A DNA stretch of 62,997 nucleotides, filler included, from Octopus bimaculoides (taxonomy: Eukaryota): assembly GCF_001194135.2 (NCBI RefSeq). It is 9 parts of 9 records of this genome, joined end to end, with 100 filler letters (N's around TTAATTAATTAA, not from the genome) between each part and the next. Parts side by side here need not be neighbours in the genome. Positions count along the whole stretch, not along the records: positions 38,230 to 62,997 come from NC_068991.1; 8 more parts are not named here. One strand, 5' to 3'. Under the pieces are notes generated by a model. The model ran no database searches and was not told the DNA's origin. It saw only the letters and a list, made by a program, of their open reading frames with translations. The position numbers were made by a program, and so were the translations under genes. Every line of letters begins with the position of its first letter. Position 1 is the stretch's first letter. Of this stretch, positions 39,538 through 51,167 are shown one piece after another.

Positions 39538-40890
39538 CATATATATATATATGTATTCGCACTAGCTCTCACTCTCTCTCTCTTTCTCTGACTATGTACA
39601 TATNNNNNNNNNNNNNNNNNNNNNNNNNNNNNNNNNNNNNNNNNNNNNNNNNNNNNNNNNNNNNNNNNNNNNNNNNNNNNNNNNNNNNNNNNNNNNNNNN
39701 NNNNNNNNNNNNNNNNNNNNNNNNNNNNNNNNNNNNNNNNNNNNNNNNNNNNNNNNNNNNNNNNNNNNNNNNNNNNNNNNNNNNNNNNNNNNNNNNNNNN
39801 NNNNNNNNNNNNNNNNNNNNNNNNNNNNNNNNNNNNNNNNNNNNNNNNNNNNNNNNNNNNNNNNNNNNNNNNNNNNNNNNNNNNNNNNNNNNNNNNNNNN
39901 NNNNNNNNNNNNNNNNNNNNNNNNNNNNNNNNNNNNNNNNNNNNNNNNNNNNNNNNNNNNNNNNNNNNNNNNNNNNNNNNNNNNNNNNNNNNNNNNNNNN
40001 NNNNNNNNNNNNNNNNNNNNNNNNNNNNNNNNNNNNNNNNNNNNNNNNNNNNNNNNNNNNNNNNNNNNNNNNNNNNNNNNNNNNNNNNNNNNNNNNNNNN
40101 NNNNNNNNNNNNNNNNNNNNNNNNNNNNNNNNNNNNNNNNNNNNNNNNNNNNNNNNNNNNNNNNNNNNNNNNNNNNNNNNNNNNNNNNNNNNNNNNNNNN
40201 NNNNNNNNNNNNNNNNNNNNNNNNNNNNNNNNNNNNNNNNNNNNNNNNNNNNNNNNNNNNNNNNNNNNNNNNNNNNNNNNNNNNNNNNNNNNNNNNNNNN
40301 NNNNNNNNNNNNNNNNNNNNNNNNNNNAGAGAGAGAGTGAAAGAGAGAGAGAGTGAAAGAGAGAGAGTGAAAGAGAGAGAGAGTGAAAGAGAGAGAGAGT
40401 GAAAGAGAGAGAGAGTGAAAGAGAGAGAGAGTGAGAGCTAGTGCGAATGTGATTATGATTTTTCATTCTATTAACTTCATCTTTAGTATTTGCATCTACC
40501 TTTCAGTTGATATGATCCCTGACTATCATGAAAGTGTCTTTATTTATAGATGAACCCATAGCAGTGGAGAGGACTTGAATCTCACACATCTCCGTGAAAA
40601 TGAATATAAGTCATAATGATGGTGGTATTGATGATGCTGATAATGAAAACAAGGACAGAGTTGATGATGATTATGTTATGGTATTGATGATTGTGATGAT
40701 GGTGGTGGCAGTGGTTGTCATTATGATGATAATGGTAATGATGGTGATAAAATGACAAACTGATGCTTGTTATCAGAATGATGCTGATGAATAATATGTT
40801 GTTGGTGATGATGAAATAATGAAGTAGAGTGTGATGGTGACAAGGATGGTGAAGGCATTAATGTTGATAACCAAAATTACATAGCCTTAC

Positions 40891-40989
40891 CTCCAAATTG
40901 AACATGTTCAATAAGGTGAGGACATTATCACAAAGAACCAAGATCCTGTTGAGGGCAGAAGCTGCTTTCAGTTGTGCAATTGGTTTTTT
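40891..40989 (-). CDS. TGFBRAP1: TGFBRAP1 (Vps3/Vps39-like, CORVET subunit) coding exon 4, CNH domain
   Basis: cctgttttAG acceptor, GTAAGG donor; 33 codons KKPIAQLKAASALNRILVLCDNVLTLLNMFNLE. Confidence 0.95.
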
Positions 40990-41539
40990 CTAAAACAGGC
41001 AAAATGTATGACTTGAATTAGTAAAAGCATATATTACTGGAGAAAATGATGAGAGAGAGAGGGGGGAGGTGCTGAGAGAGAAATGTCAGAGGAGAAAAAA
41101 GTGTGTAGGAGAGGACGAGAAAGAGAAAATGGTAAGCAACAGAGAGAAATGGAAGAGGAAGAATTAAATGATAGGGTACGGTTTGGGTGCCACAGGCAAT
41201 CTGGCAACGGCTGACTGGACATTCGACCTGCTTTGGCAACATTATTTTTTGGCACTGGAGTAAGTGCACACATGCACAGAAATATACACACAGATAGAAA
41301 GAGGAAGAGTAAGAGAGAGAAGGGGGAGAGACATTGCAATTCATTAATTGAACAAGATTGATATAAACACTTTTCCTCTCCTCAGGCCCATGAGAAATAT
41401 ACTCACATGTAAACAGAGAGAAAGAGAGGGGGAGAGAGAGTGAGTGAGAGAGAATGTGAGAAACATTAAAATATCTGATATCAAATAAGTCATCACTGAA
41501 TCAGCAACACTAAATAAGCAACATCACAACTGTTTAGCC

Positions 41540-42107
41540 CAGGGATCGACGAACAGGGGTAAATTAGCCCAAGTGGGGTAAAAATGAAATTCTTGGGGGT
41601 AATAAGGACTCATTAGACAAAATTTCATTAAAAAATGTGTTCCTTGCTATGACAGAAATTTTTCTTTTGGCATGAGAAGGCAGTAAAAAAGTTGCTGTCT
41701 TTTGCAACAACCTACCTTTGGGAATCAAGGATTTTCCGTTCTAATGAACATAAAATCAATTGGACACCGAAGAGTAATTAATTGGACCCTGAAGACTTAT
41801 CCAAATTGCTCTGGCATCAAAATGCCCCAATGTTGATGTAATCATAACAAAAATGAAACATTTCTCCAAAACCTGAAGTGAAAATCTTTCTTGCGAAAAA
41901 TCCTTTCGTTTCATAATGAGAACAGTAATTTATTTTATCACATTTGTTTCGTACTTTTTATATTTATAATTGTATTGTATGATAGATTCAATAAACCTTT
42001 TGAATTCAAAGAATCTATGATTTTCTTCCTTTCAAATCAAGGGGGGCAACATTGGCATAAATAAATATATTTTGGTGTAATTGGTTAAAAAAGTTCCCCA
42101 ACCCCTA
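41540..42107 (+). mobile_element. Non-autonomous hAT (Charlie/Buster-type) element with C-terminal dimerisation-domain remnant
   Basis: Imperfect TIRs caggga..gacgaac and gttccccaaccccta; TSD gtttagcc/gtttaacc (7 of 8); internal AVKKLLSFATTYL. Confidence 0.8.
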
Positions 42108-42282
42108 GTTTAACCCAAGAAATCTAATATTCCTCAGAAATATACAGTGTGTAGGAGAGAGTGATGGTGATAGCGAAGAGAGAGAGAGAGAGAGAAAGAG
42201 AGACAGTGAATGTTAGAGTATAGGGCAGAGGAAGAGGATTTATGCGTAAGTGTGTGAAACAGAAGAGTGTGAGGGTACATAC

Positions 42283-42379
42283 CACTCCAAGGTACTTATG
42301 CTGTTGTTTCTCACTCGAGAAAAGCACTTTGCCACTTGATGATGCAGTAGATTCTTGGAGGATGTAATGAATGATGAAG
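42283..42379 (-). CDS. TGFBRAP1: TGFBRAP1 coding exon 3
   Basis: ttctgttttgcAG acceptor, GTATGT donor; (C)FIIHYILQESTASSSGKVLFSSEKQQHKYLGV; phase 2 start matches exon 2. Confidence 0.93.
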
Positions 42380-42467
42380 CTGCAAAACAGAAGAACAATC
42401 AGCAATCAAACACTGTTTAGTAAATATCAATACACACACACACACACATTCTCTCTCTCTCACTCTC

Positions 42468-43389
42468 TTTCTCTGGAGAATTAGCTTGGAAGATGTTAGT
42501 CACACTGGAAGACCTTCAAATTTAGATGAAGATGTTTTGAAGGCAAAAACCGAAGAAAACACAAATATCACGACTAGAGAACTTGCAGAGGAGTTGGAAG
42601 TTTCTAAAAGTACAGCTCATGAATACCTAGTGAAGCTAGGATACATTTCTCATTATAATGTATGGGTCTCTCACAAACACTCAGAAAAGAATGGCTTGGG
42701 CTGGTATTCCATTTGTGATATGCTTTTGAAACGGAATAAAAGCATGCCTTTTTAGAAACAGTTTGTGACTGGAGATGAAAAATGTGTATGAAACAGTACA
42801 TAAAAAGATCTTGGAGTTTGTGTAAGGATCCCCTAAAACAGCAACCAACGACGAATATCCATGTAAAAAAACGGCTATCCTTCGTGTTTGGTGGGATCAT
42901 AAAGGCATTATTTATTATGAGCTTCTCCCACAAAACCAAACCATTAATTCTGATGTGTACTGTTGTCAGCTGGCTAATTTGAACCAAAAGATCTAAGAAT
43001 TGAGGCCGTAGATTGCCAATAAGAAAGGGGTAGTCTTTCAACAAGACATTGCCTGACCACGTGCCTTTGGGTACCTGAACAAATTACAAGTTACATATAT
43101 TCTCCTGATATTGTGCCATCCGACTACCACTTGTTTTTGTCTCTACGGAACTCATTGCAAGGAAAAACATTTAACAATTTAGACGGAGTCAAAATGCATC
43201 CAGATAACTTTTTTTCTTCAAAACCAGTAAAATTTTATGCTGGTGGGATATTTAAATTGCCTGATAGATGGGCAAGGGTCATTAATAATAATGGAAATTA
43301 TTTCATTGAATAAAATTTATTGATAGGTCAATTATTTACATCCATTTTGAATATTAAATAGTGCTCAGAACTTTCTGGACAACCTAATA
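42468..43389 (+). mobile_element. 5'-truncated mariner (DD34D) transposon, decayed transposase
   Basis: LED..HTGRPSNLDED...TTRELAEEL, FVTGDEK, QQDIA*PR, SPDIVPSDYHLFLSLRNSL...GIFKLPDRWARVINNNGNY; 3' TIR aactttctggacaaccta followed by TA. Confidence 0.92.
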
Positions 43390-43429
43390 TCTATCTATCT
43401 ATCTATCTATCTACCTATCTACCTGTATT

Positions 43430-43640
43430 CCTATCATTATCATTTAATACCTGTTTTCCATGCTGGCATGGGTTGGATGGTGTGACAGGATCTGATGAGC
43501 AGCAAAAGTGCTTTGAGCTCCAGTATCAGCACTGGTATAGTTTCTATGGTGAATATCCTTCCTAATACCAACCACTCTACAGTGTGTACAGAGTGCTTTT
43601 TTCAGGACAGCTGCACTTGCAAGGTTACTGAGTAACTTGC
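43430..43640 (-). mobile_element. Family C retroposon, decayed
   Basis: catcatttaatacc...ccatgctggcatgggttgga. Confidence 0.7.
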
Positions 43641-43879
43641 AAGACAAGAAAAGAAATGGGAAAAATTCACCTCGACTAAGTAGCAAAGGGTATATTTGAG
43701 AAAGGAAGAGGTGACTTTATATTAGGTACTGAGGGGCTAAAGTATGCTAGATGGACAAGTACTGGTGTCTTGCTATAGAGCTACCCCACATTATATAATA
43801 TATAATAAGGACGGTTGGAAGAAGCTGAAAAGAAGATAAAAATGGTGATGAGGTGTCAGAATGAACTCTTGAGGTACAA

Positions 43880-44215
43880 GAAGGTGTAAAGACCTACTTC
43901 GGTCATGAATGATCATGGGATAAACCTAGAAATTCCCCTCTGAGGCACAAGTCTGAGCAAGAGTATTTATAGAAGTCGTCCATGCATACAAGCCACCCCT
44001 CTCCACATCACTGATGTTATCCAAGGAAAAGGTAAAGGCCAATACAGCTTGGCATCAGTGACATCACAACTCATTTGTACAGCTGAGTGAACTGGAGCAA
44101 TGTGGAATAAAAGAATAAAAGGTCTTGCTCAAGAACACAACACACAGACCAACCCAGGAATTGAACACACTACTTCATGATTGTGAGCCCAATGCTCTAA
44201 CCACTAAGCCAAGGT
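43880..44215 (-). mobile_element. tRNA-derived SINE (family E); related copy at 55515-55775
   Basis: gtcttgctcaagaacacaa...ggaattgaac...tctaaccactaagcca is a reverse tRNA-like head. Confidence 0.7.
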
Positions 44216-44335
44216 AAATATAAGAGAAAAGACAAACAGTGGAGCAGGGTAAAGGGGTAATTTCATAAGGGAATGAGAGGAGAGTAACAGATGGTTAGAG
44301 AGAGGGAGAGAGAGAGAGAGATGTAGAAGTGAAAG

Positions 44336-44500
44336 CATTAGCATAGCTAGAGTGTGTGTCACCCGGGGAACCCTTCTGTTTACCGCCCCTGGACCCAACA
44401 AACAATACATTGCCTACAGTAGACCCAAATGTGCCACCCCTTTAAAAGTGCTACTTGCAGTGGACCACCTGGGCACCATCCACCCCTAGTTATGCTAGTG
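44336..44500. mobile_element. hAT-type MITE, 165 bp
   Basis: TIRs cattagcatagctag and ctagttatgctagtg; perfect 8-bp TSD AGTGAAAG at 44328-44335 and 44501-44508. Confidence 0.85.
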
Positions 44501-44905
44501 AGTGAAAGTCATGAGTGATGAACAAGGTTGGAGGTGTGGTTGATGGGAAATATTAGTACAGAGTAAGGTGAGAAAGATAAAAGTTGTTCAGGAAGGAGGA
44601 AAGATCAGAAAGTAAGGGGGTGATGAACAAGGCATAAGAGTGAGGTAAGAGGGAGATGTCCAGTGACAGAGATTGCAGTCAGAGGTAGATAAGGGTGGCT
44701 ATAGTGAGTGTAAGGGGATGATGTACAAATTGTAAAAGTGGGGTAGAGGGAGCAGCTCCAGAGATTATTTCTAGTGCAGTTTCTAGGACATTGTTATTGA
44801 GTATAAAATGCTTCTATCCTCTGTCAAGTCACACAGATGTATATAAATAAAGTGGACAATGCAATGAATAAAACAATCACAGTGACAAGATGTAGTAATA
44901 CTTAC

Positions 44906-44958
44906 CAATCACTTGTACCAATATACAAATTTTTTCCACAGACTTCAATGCATTCAAT
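44906..44958 (-). CDS. TGFBRAP1: TGFBRAP1 coding exon 2
   Basis: tttattatttAG acceptor, GTAAGT donor; IECIEVCGKNLYIGTSD(C), compare vertebrate IECVECCGRDLYVGTNDC. Confidence 0.95.
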
Positions 44959-45649
44959 CTAAATAATAAATGAATAGATTAGAATATAGTAGTTTGCGTA
45001 AAGTGTTGTGTGATATTACATTAGTTAAGGAAGAAAATTACTTGTTAGATTTCAAAGCATTGTGAAATGAAATACTAAATTGAACTACAAAAATAAAGAC
45101 AGAACAGTTGAAGCTAACTTCATTTAGTATTTCTTCAATATTTCTTTTGTTGGGGCCTCTTGATCAGGAAATGGCTCTGATATGTGGTAACAACAACAAT
45201 AGCATTATTCCATCTCCTATTGATTCTGTGTATATTCTAACTAAGATACATTGAAGAAATGTGAGTTCAAAGTTCAACTACTGTTCTGTCTTCATTTTAG
45301 AATTTCATTTCACATTGTTTCGGCCTTAACAAGTTGATATTTGAAAAAATATATATACATAAATTATATTGTAACAGCAGTAACTGGTCATACCCAGGTT
45401 AATATAAAGTACAGAAAATATTCAAAGTCTTCTCACCTTTTTTTAAAAGATGTACCCTTATACAAAATTTCAGCTAACTAGATGCAAAACTATGGCAAAA
45501 CTAGAAATATACACATATATCACTGTACTGACCAAGCTATCAAAATGTGATTATACACAGCTGGTCACAGTGTACTTCCTTGTTGTAGGATTCAAATAGT
45601 GCCTTGAAGAATTTTAGTATATAGTATATTTAATGTATACAAGTTCAGG

Positions 45650-46030
45650 CATGTCTGTGTGCTAATAAGTTTGCTTCCCAGCCACATGGTCAGTCATACC
45701 ACATGGCACCTTGGGTAAGTGTTTTCTACTATAACCTCAAGCTGATCAAGCCTTGTGAGTGGATTTGGTTGACAAAAATGGAAAGAAACTGTGAGTATCT
45801 ATGTGTGTGTGTGTCTCTCTCTCTGTCTTGACATTGCATGATGTTTGTAAATGATTGTCACTGTCAAACAAGCAGTGTCATTCATGTTTGTTCATAGTGA
45901 AATATTAACTTGTTTGGAAGTAGGTGAGAGTTGGCGACAGAAAAGGTATTGAGCTGTCAAAAATATGACTCAAGTAAACTCCATCTGACCCATGAAAATA
46001 GGGAAAAGTAGACATTAAATGATGATGATA
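45650..46030 (+). mobile_element. SINE family A head with family C-type (GAT)n tail
   Basis: gcaccttgggtaagtg...ccttgtgagtggatttggt...; ends gacattaaatgatgatgat. Confidence 0.65.
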
Positions 46031-46040
46031 TATATAAATA

Positions 46041-46608
46041 CAGCAATGCTTTGATATATGAGTTAATATGTTCCTGGAGACCGCTCTTAAAGCAGGGCAA
46101 TAATTTCGCATAGTAGTAATGTCATAAATCATAATTCATTCCCAGAAAAATATTTTACCTATAGAATTTATAAAACTTGTAAATAAATGGCAATAAAACA
46201 ACAGTAGAATGTAAACAATATTTTATGTAAAAAAGAATGTCAAGATCATTTATAATAAAAAATATTATTATAATCGTTTTCTGAATCACTTTCACTCACA
46301 CTAGACTTGAGCACACCATGACTTGTAGAAGTGATTGCCAATTCACAAGCACTCATAGACAGACTTGTAGATTTCTTTTTAAAAAACAAGTCTAGAGTTG
46401 TTTGCTCCAAAGCAGTTTTTCGCTTTCTATAAATTTCTCAGTTAAATGTAGAAGCATTTGTTATGATAGTAGAAACTTTTGCACTTTGTTCAAAGTTTGG
46501 ATCTTGTGCTTGAAAAATTTCAGCTCGCCATACAAAAATGAACTGGAAAATAAAACTCATAAACCCAGGGTTTCGTAAAAAGGGTCCTTGTAAAGTGAGG
46601 TATTACTG
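46041..46608 (-). mobile_element. Non-autonomous Tigger/pogo element
   Basis: TA-flanked TIRs cagcaatgct and aggtattactg; minus strand AQDPNFEQSAKV...IYRKRKTALEQTTLDLFFKK resembles a Tigger transposase C-terminus. Confidence 0.8.
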
Positions 46609-46865
46609 TATATGTTTGATTTGTTTGTTTTTTTTGTTCAGTTACAATAAAAACAATTTTACATTAATATGATGGGTTACTCTTTACTAGGGTTTCGGTT
46701 AGCATACTATAGGAGTCACAGGGCACTGCTCCATGTGGTCCCACAGTTTCCATCTAGCGAGGAATATTAGAGTCTCATCCATTGTCTTGTATTCAAGATC
46801 CTCTGCATGACATCCAGTTAGTTAAAAGCCACGAATCTGATCTGTTAGGTCTTGCTGAAAACTAA

Positions 46866-47406
46866 GGATCTATTTTAAAACGGGGCCACATTTTTCATTA
46901 ATGTTTTACGTAGTGTTTTTGGTACGGAAAGACTTTCAAACTTCGTATACTTATCTATTTTGTGTTATAGAACAGAAAAATATTTTTGTATTCAAATTTA
47001 TTTCATGTAAAAAATTGTCTTATTTCGATAATTTCAACCAATCACTGACAAGTATTTAGTTGTTTATATTTACTCCTTTGGCTGATTAAGCGATGTAAAG
47101 CGTATTTAATCTCCATACCTTCGTTTTATTTGCTTTAACCCTAACCCTAGGGTTAGGGTTAGGGTTAATTGTTTCAGAATCGTTTGTTTATGTAGTTGGC
47201 ACTTAATGTATATCGGCTGAATGGACGTCAGTGATTGGTTGAAATTACAGAAATACGACAACTTTCACATGGAATAACTTATGGATTTCTTTTTTTTTTA
47301 AGAAGACTAAGAGAAAAAGATGTTTTATATGACACATTCTACCAGTGTTCCAAGTTTCAAAGTGTTTCGTTAATGAAAAATGTGGCCCCCGTTTTAAAAA
47401 AGATCC
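46866..47406. mobile_element. Merlin-superfamily MITE, 541 bp
   Basis: TIRs GGATCTATTTTAAAACGGGGCCACATTTTTCATTAA and its reverse complement; 8-bp TSD AAAACTAA at 46858-46865 and 47407-47414; GG termini. Confidence 0.85.
47136..47168. repeat. Head-to-head telomeric repeats (TAACCC)2 TAGGG (TTAGGG)2 inside the MITE
   Basis: taaccctaaccctagggttagggttagggttaa. Confidence 0.9.
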
Positions 47407-47954
47407 AAAACTAATTCCATGTCCTGCTGCTGACGCACTGATTTATTGTCATTGGGGTTTATTCCTCTAGTCTGTCTCTTACCCTTCGACCTGTTTGGCC
47501 TGATAAGACCTGCCTGAAGATTTCTCTTCCTCCAGCATAGCTCTCCAGATCAATGGAGCACACAGGCACTTCACTGCAACGAGGTACTTGTTGAATTGGT
47601 CGTTGACTACACAGTAGTTCTTCCATCTTTGACAGGTTTTATTTTTCATCCCGCAGGGTGTCCAACAATCACCCTCCTCACCAAGCAAGCTTGATGGGGT
47701 TGCCAGTTTAGTCGCTGATGACCTGACTATGTGACAGGTTGTATTAGGGCATCCTGAGGGACAACTTACATAGATACTCTTTACTTTTGTAGAGAACAAA
47801 TTTATTATTTTTAAACGAAAATACTGAATATCATTGACAGGGACATCATAGTTTTGGCCAACTAAGCCATCATGGGATTACAATCCAATGATGGCTTAAT
47901 TGGTTGAAACTTCAAAGTCACTGCCAATAATATTCTGGCTTAATATATATACTT

Positions 47955-48340
47955 TTACTTCTTTCAGTCATTTGACTGCAGCCATGCTGGAGCACCGTCT
48001 TTAGCTGAACATATTGACCCCAGGACTTATTTTTTGTAAGCCTAGAACTTATTCTATTGTCTCTTTTGCCGGACCGCTAAGTTACGGGGACGTAAACCCA
48101 CCAATATTGGTTGTCAAACGATGGTGGTGGAACAAACAAAGACACACACACGTATATATATATATATATATATACGATGGGTTTCTTTCAGTTTCTGTCT
48201 ACCAAATCCACTTACAAGGCTCTGGTTGGCCCAAGGCTATAGTAGAAGACACTTGCCCAAGGTACCACGCAGTGGGACTGAACCAGGAATCATCTGGTTG
48301 GGAAGCAAACTTATTATCACACAGCCACGCCTGCACCTAT
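47955..48340 (-). mobile_element. Near full-length SINE family A
   Basis: 3' half (tttcagtcatttgactgcagccatgctggagcaccg) joined by (at)n to the 5' half. Confidence 0.85.
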
Positions 48341-48341
48341 G

Positions 48342-48417
<76 letters not shown>

Positions 48418-48509
48418 TCTATCCCTAAGAGGACAAAACGCAAAGTTTATGTGTGAGATGTGAGGTGAGAACATAAAGAGCATTTTTTCCAATGTGCTAG
48501 TGACTGCCA

Positions 48510-48720
48510 ATTTGGTTTCAAATTTTGCCAGAAGATCAGCAAATTTAGGGGTAAGTAATCAGTTGGTTACATCTACCTCAGTACTTGATTGGTACTTTAT
48601 TTTATCGACCCCAAAATGATGAAAGGAAAAGTTGACCTCAGCAGGATCTGAAATCAGAATGTAAAGAGTTGGAAGAAATGCCACTAAACATTTTGTACAA
48701 AGTGCTATTCTGCCAGCATA
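48510..48720 (-). mobile_element. SINE family B
   Basis: tggtacttta...atcgaccccaaaatgatgaaagg.aaagttgacctc. Confidence 0.75.
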
Positions 48721-49771
48721 GCTATCACAATACTCACTATTTGCATGATAGCAATACCATTAAGCCCATTTGGAATGGAAACTGAATTCCCTTAAAACAT
48801 ATCTTAAAAAAAAAGTGGGATACATTGGATAATGCAAACATGGATACACAAAAGGGCTGAACAGGGGATAAATAACGTCATATCTACAAACAATGGACTA
48901 AAAATCACAAGGAAGAAGCAGAGGTCTGTGAGGAGGAGGGTCACCTATATTGCTGATTGACCTGCTAAAAATTGCAAACAGATATTTCTCAAATCACACT
49001 GTACAGGATATACAGGATAATGTAATATTGTTTGCATAACAAAAATAATAAAACGAAATGGTTAAACTGGAACACCTTTTATCATAGGTTTTCTCGATCG
49101 AGGCTGACCTGAGGTAAAACAATCATTTGAACAACAATGAGGCAATGGTGGGTGGGGTGCCTCGGCGTTATCAATTAGTACTAAACTATCTCAAATTATA
49201 AACGCACTGTTTTTAAAAGCGAACATATTACATAATGTATACAAGAGGACATTATTTCTTACGAAGAAAAAAGTGACAGGATGGTCACAGCAGGGGCGTC
49301 TTTTACAATATTTTTGCCCGATCAGTGTCGATTTGGGGGATAAACAAGAACGTCACCACCATCACCCTGGAGGTATTGTTTAACTTTCTGAAATTGTACT
49401 TTCATTTTATGGAGACAAAAGTACGAAGATAAGCTGANNNNNNNNNNNNNNNNNNNNNNNNNNNNNNNNNNNNNNNNNNNNNNNNNNNNNNNNNNNNNNN
49501 NNNNNNNNNNNNNNNNNNNNNNNNNNNNNNNNNNNNNNNNNNNNNNNNNNNNNNNNNNNNNNNNNNNNNNNNNNNNNNNNNNNNNNNNNNNNNNNNNNNN
49601 NNNNNNNNNNNNNNNNNNNNNNNNNNNNNNNNNNNNNNNNNNNNNNNNNNNNNNNNNNNNNNNNNNNNNNNNNNNNNNNNNNNNNNNNNNNNNNNNNNNN
49701 NNNNNNNNNNNNNNNNNNNNNNNNNNNNNNNNNNNNNNNNNNNNNNNNNNNNNNNNNNNNNNNNNNNNNNN

Positions 49772-49802
<31 letters not shown>

Positions 49803-50048
49803 ACAGTATACGCGAAGGCAGGTATGTAAAGACAAATAAAAGGAGTAGTATGTGATAACATACATACATGTTATTAAGTGTGTGGGTGTGTTTATACACC
49901 CCCACACAAGTATTTCATCGAAGACAGAGGTAGATAGGTAAGGAATACATGTTAGAATGTGTATATCAACATTGGATGAGAGCGAGGAGTATATGAAAGG
50001 AAAATTGGAGATGGCAGTAAACATAATGAATATATTAAGCATATATAC

Positions 50049-50123
50049 CTGTGTCTTGGCTCTGTCTGACATCAATTTGATCCGCTCCAAAGCGGAAACT
50101 AGCTCGAAAGCTTTCACAGACAT
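50049..50123 (-). CDS. TGFBRAP1: TGFBRAP1 coding exon 1 (start codon)
   Basis: MSVKAFELVSALERIKLMSDRAKTQ then CAG|GTATAT donor; compare vertebrate MMSIKAFTLVSAVERELLMGDKERVN. Confidence 0.95.
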
Positions 50124-50854
50124 GTTAATGTTATTGTACGTATTTAATAAACAATCATATCAGATATGATACCAGGGTTCGAAATTAAGGATTCAACTAC
50201 GTTGTTGCAGTTTATTTTACTCTGTTATCGCTTATTTATTTATCCAACTCGGTATTAGTAAAAAGACAGAGAAACTGAACACAAAAGACTTAATTGTATT
50301 CATCAGTCGCCATTATATTGGGTTACGCCACTGACACGCCTCCTACCTCAGGTGGAGATAACTCTAGCTTTTCCTCCTCATGAATCGATAAGTAAAACTT
50401 CTCTAATCATGAGCAGCCCGCGGTCCGCAGGAGTTTCTGAATAGCACGCCCTAAGAAAAATTACCTTCTTTTTTAATTGTGCAGCCAGCTTGTCGAAAAA
50501 GGTTATATTTATATTCACGCGGTCATTCCACATTGTTGAAATAGCATCTTAATCGCCATTAAATTGCACCCCACTGTTTGGGAACCACCGAAGTAGGTTG
50601 TTGTGGGGTTTGTGAGAAGGTCAATCCGTAAACTTTTCATTGGGCTTTGGTGCCTACGCACAAAACTACTTGAGGACTTGAATAAAGAGAGCAGACTCGA
50701 GGTTTGTTACTGCTCGTATTGAAACAGGTACTTAATCAACACAAGGTGGGTCAAATACGCAGAGTTTGATAGCAAAAAATACCTACACAAACACACATAT
50801 ACATACATACAAACACATACATGCATACATACATACACACATACATACATACAG

Positions 50855-51078
50855 CCGAGCTACTGAGAAATTTACAGATACTCCACCCAGACTACAAGTT
50901 CAGATTCATACCCGTGATTGTTGGGGCATTGGGATATGTAACGAACTGCCTCAACAAAAACCTGGAAAAATTAGGGTTCTCAAAACCTGAAAAAAAAAGG
51001 CTGATTAGAAGACTACAGATTCAAGCCATCAATGGAACTGTAGAGATATGTAAAACTTTCCAAAAATTTAGCACATAA
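50855..51078 (+). mobile_element. R2/R4/NeSL-type retrotransposon endonuclease C-terminal fragment
   Basis: ELLRNLQILHPDYKFRFIPVIVGALGYVTNCLNKNLEKLGF...RRLQIQAINGTVEICKTF. Confidence 0.8.
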
Positions 51079-51100
51079 ATACATAAGCATGCATCTGTAG

Positions 51101-51167
51101 TGACGTCATATTGGCGCCAAAAAGGCATAGTCGCCATTGCTGAATCCTTATCCACGCATGCGTGGAT
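51101..51167. promoter_or_regulatory. Candidate promoter: CRE, E2F and NRF1-like palindromes about 1 kb upstream of the TGFBRAP1 ATG
   Basis: TGACGTCA (51101-51108), TTGGCGCCAA (51111-51120; TTTTTGGCGCC on minus), ATCCACGCATGCGTGGAT (51150-51167) in a locally CpG-rich patch. Confidence 0.5.

Noticed and set aside
37756-40989. ZNFX1 nested in or fused to TGFBRAP1 (same strand, 3 kb apart)
   Set aside because: An artificial spacer at 38130-38229 separates them; linkage is unsupported.
45125-45185. Possible extra exon in TGFBRAP1 intron 1 (EPFPDQEAPTKEY*)
   Set aside because: Weak acceptor, no donor and no recognised homology; exon 1 and exon 2 already join in frame.
47136-47168. Ancient telomere-telomere chromosome fusion site
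   Set aside because: Only about five repeats, centred in an element with TIRs and an 8-bp TSD; better explained as part of the MITE.
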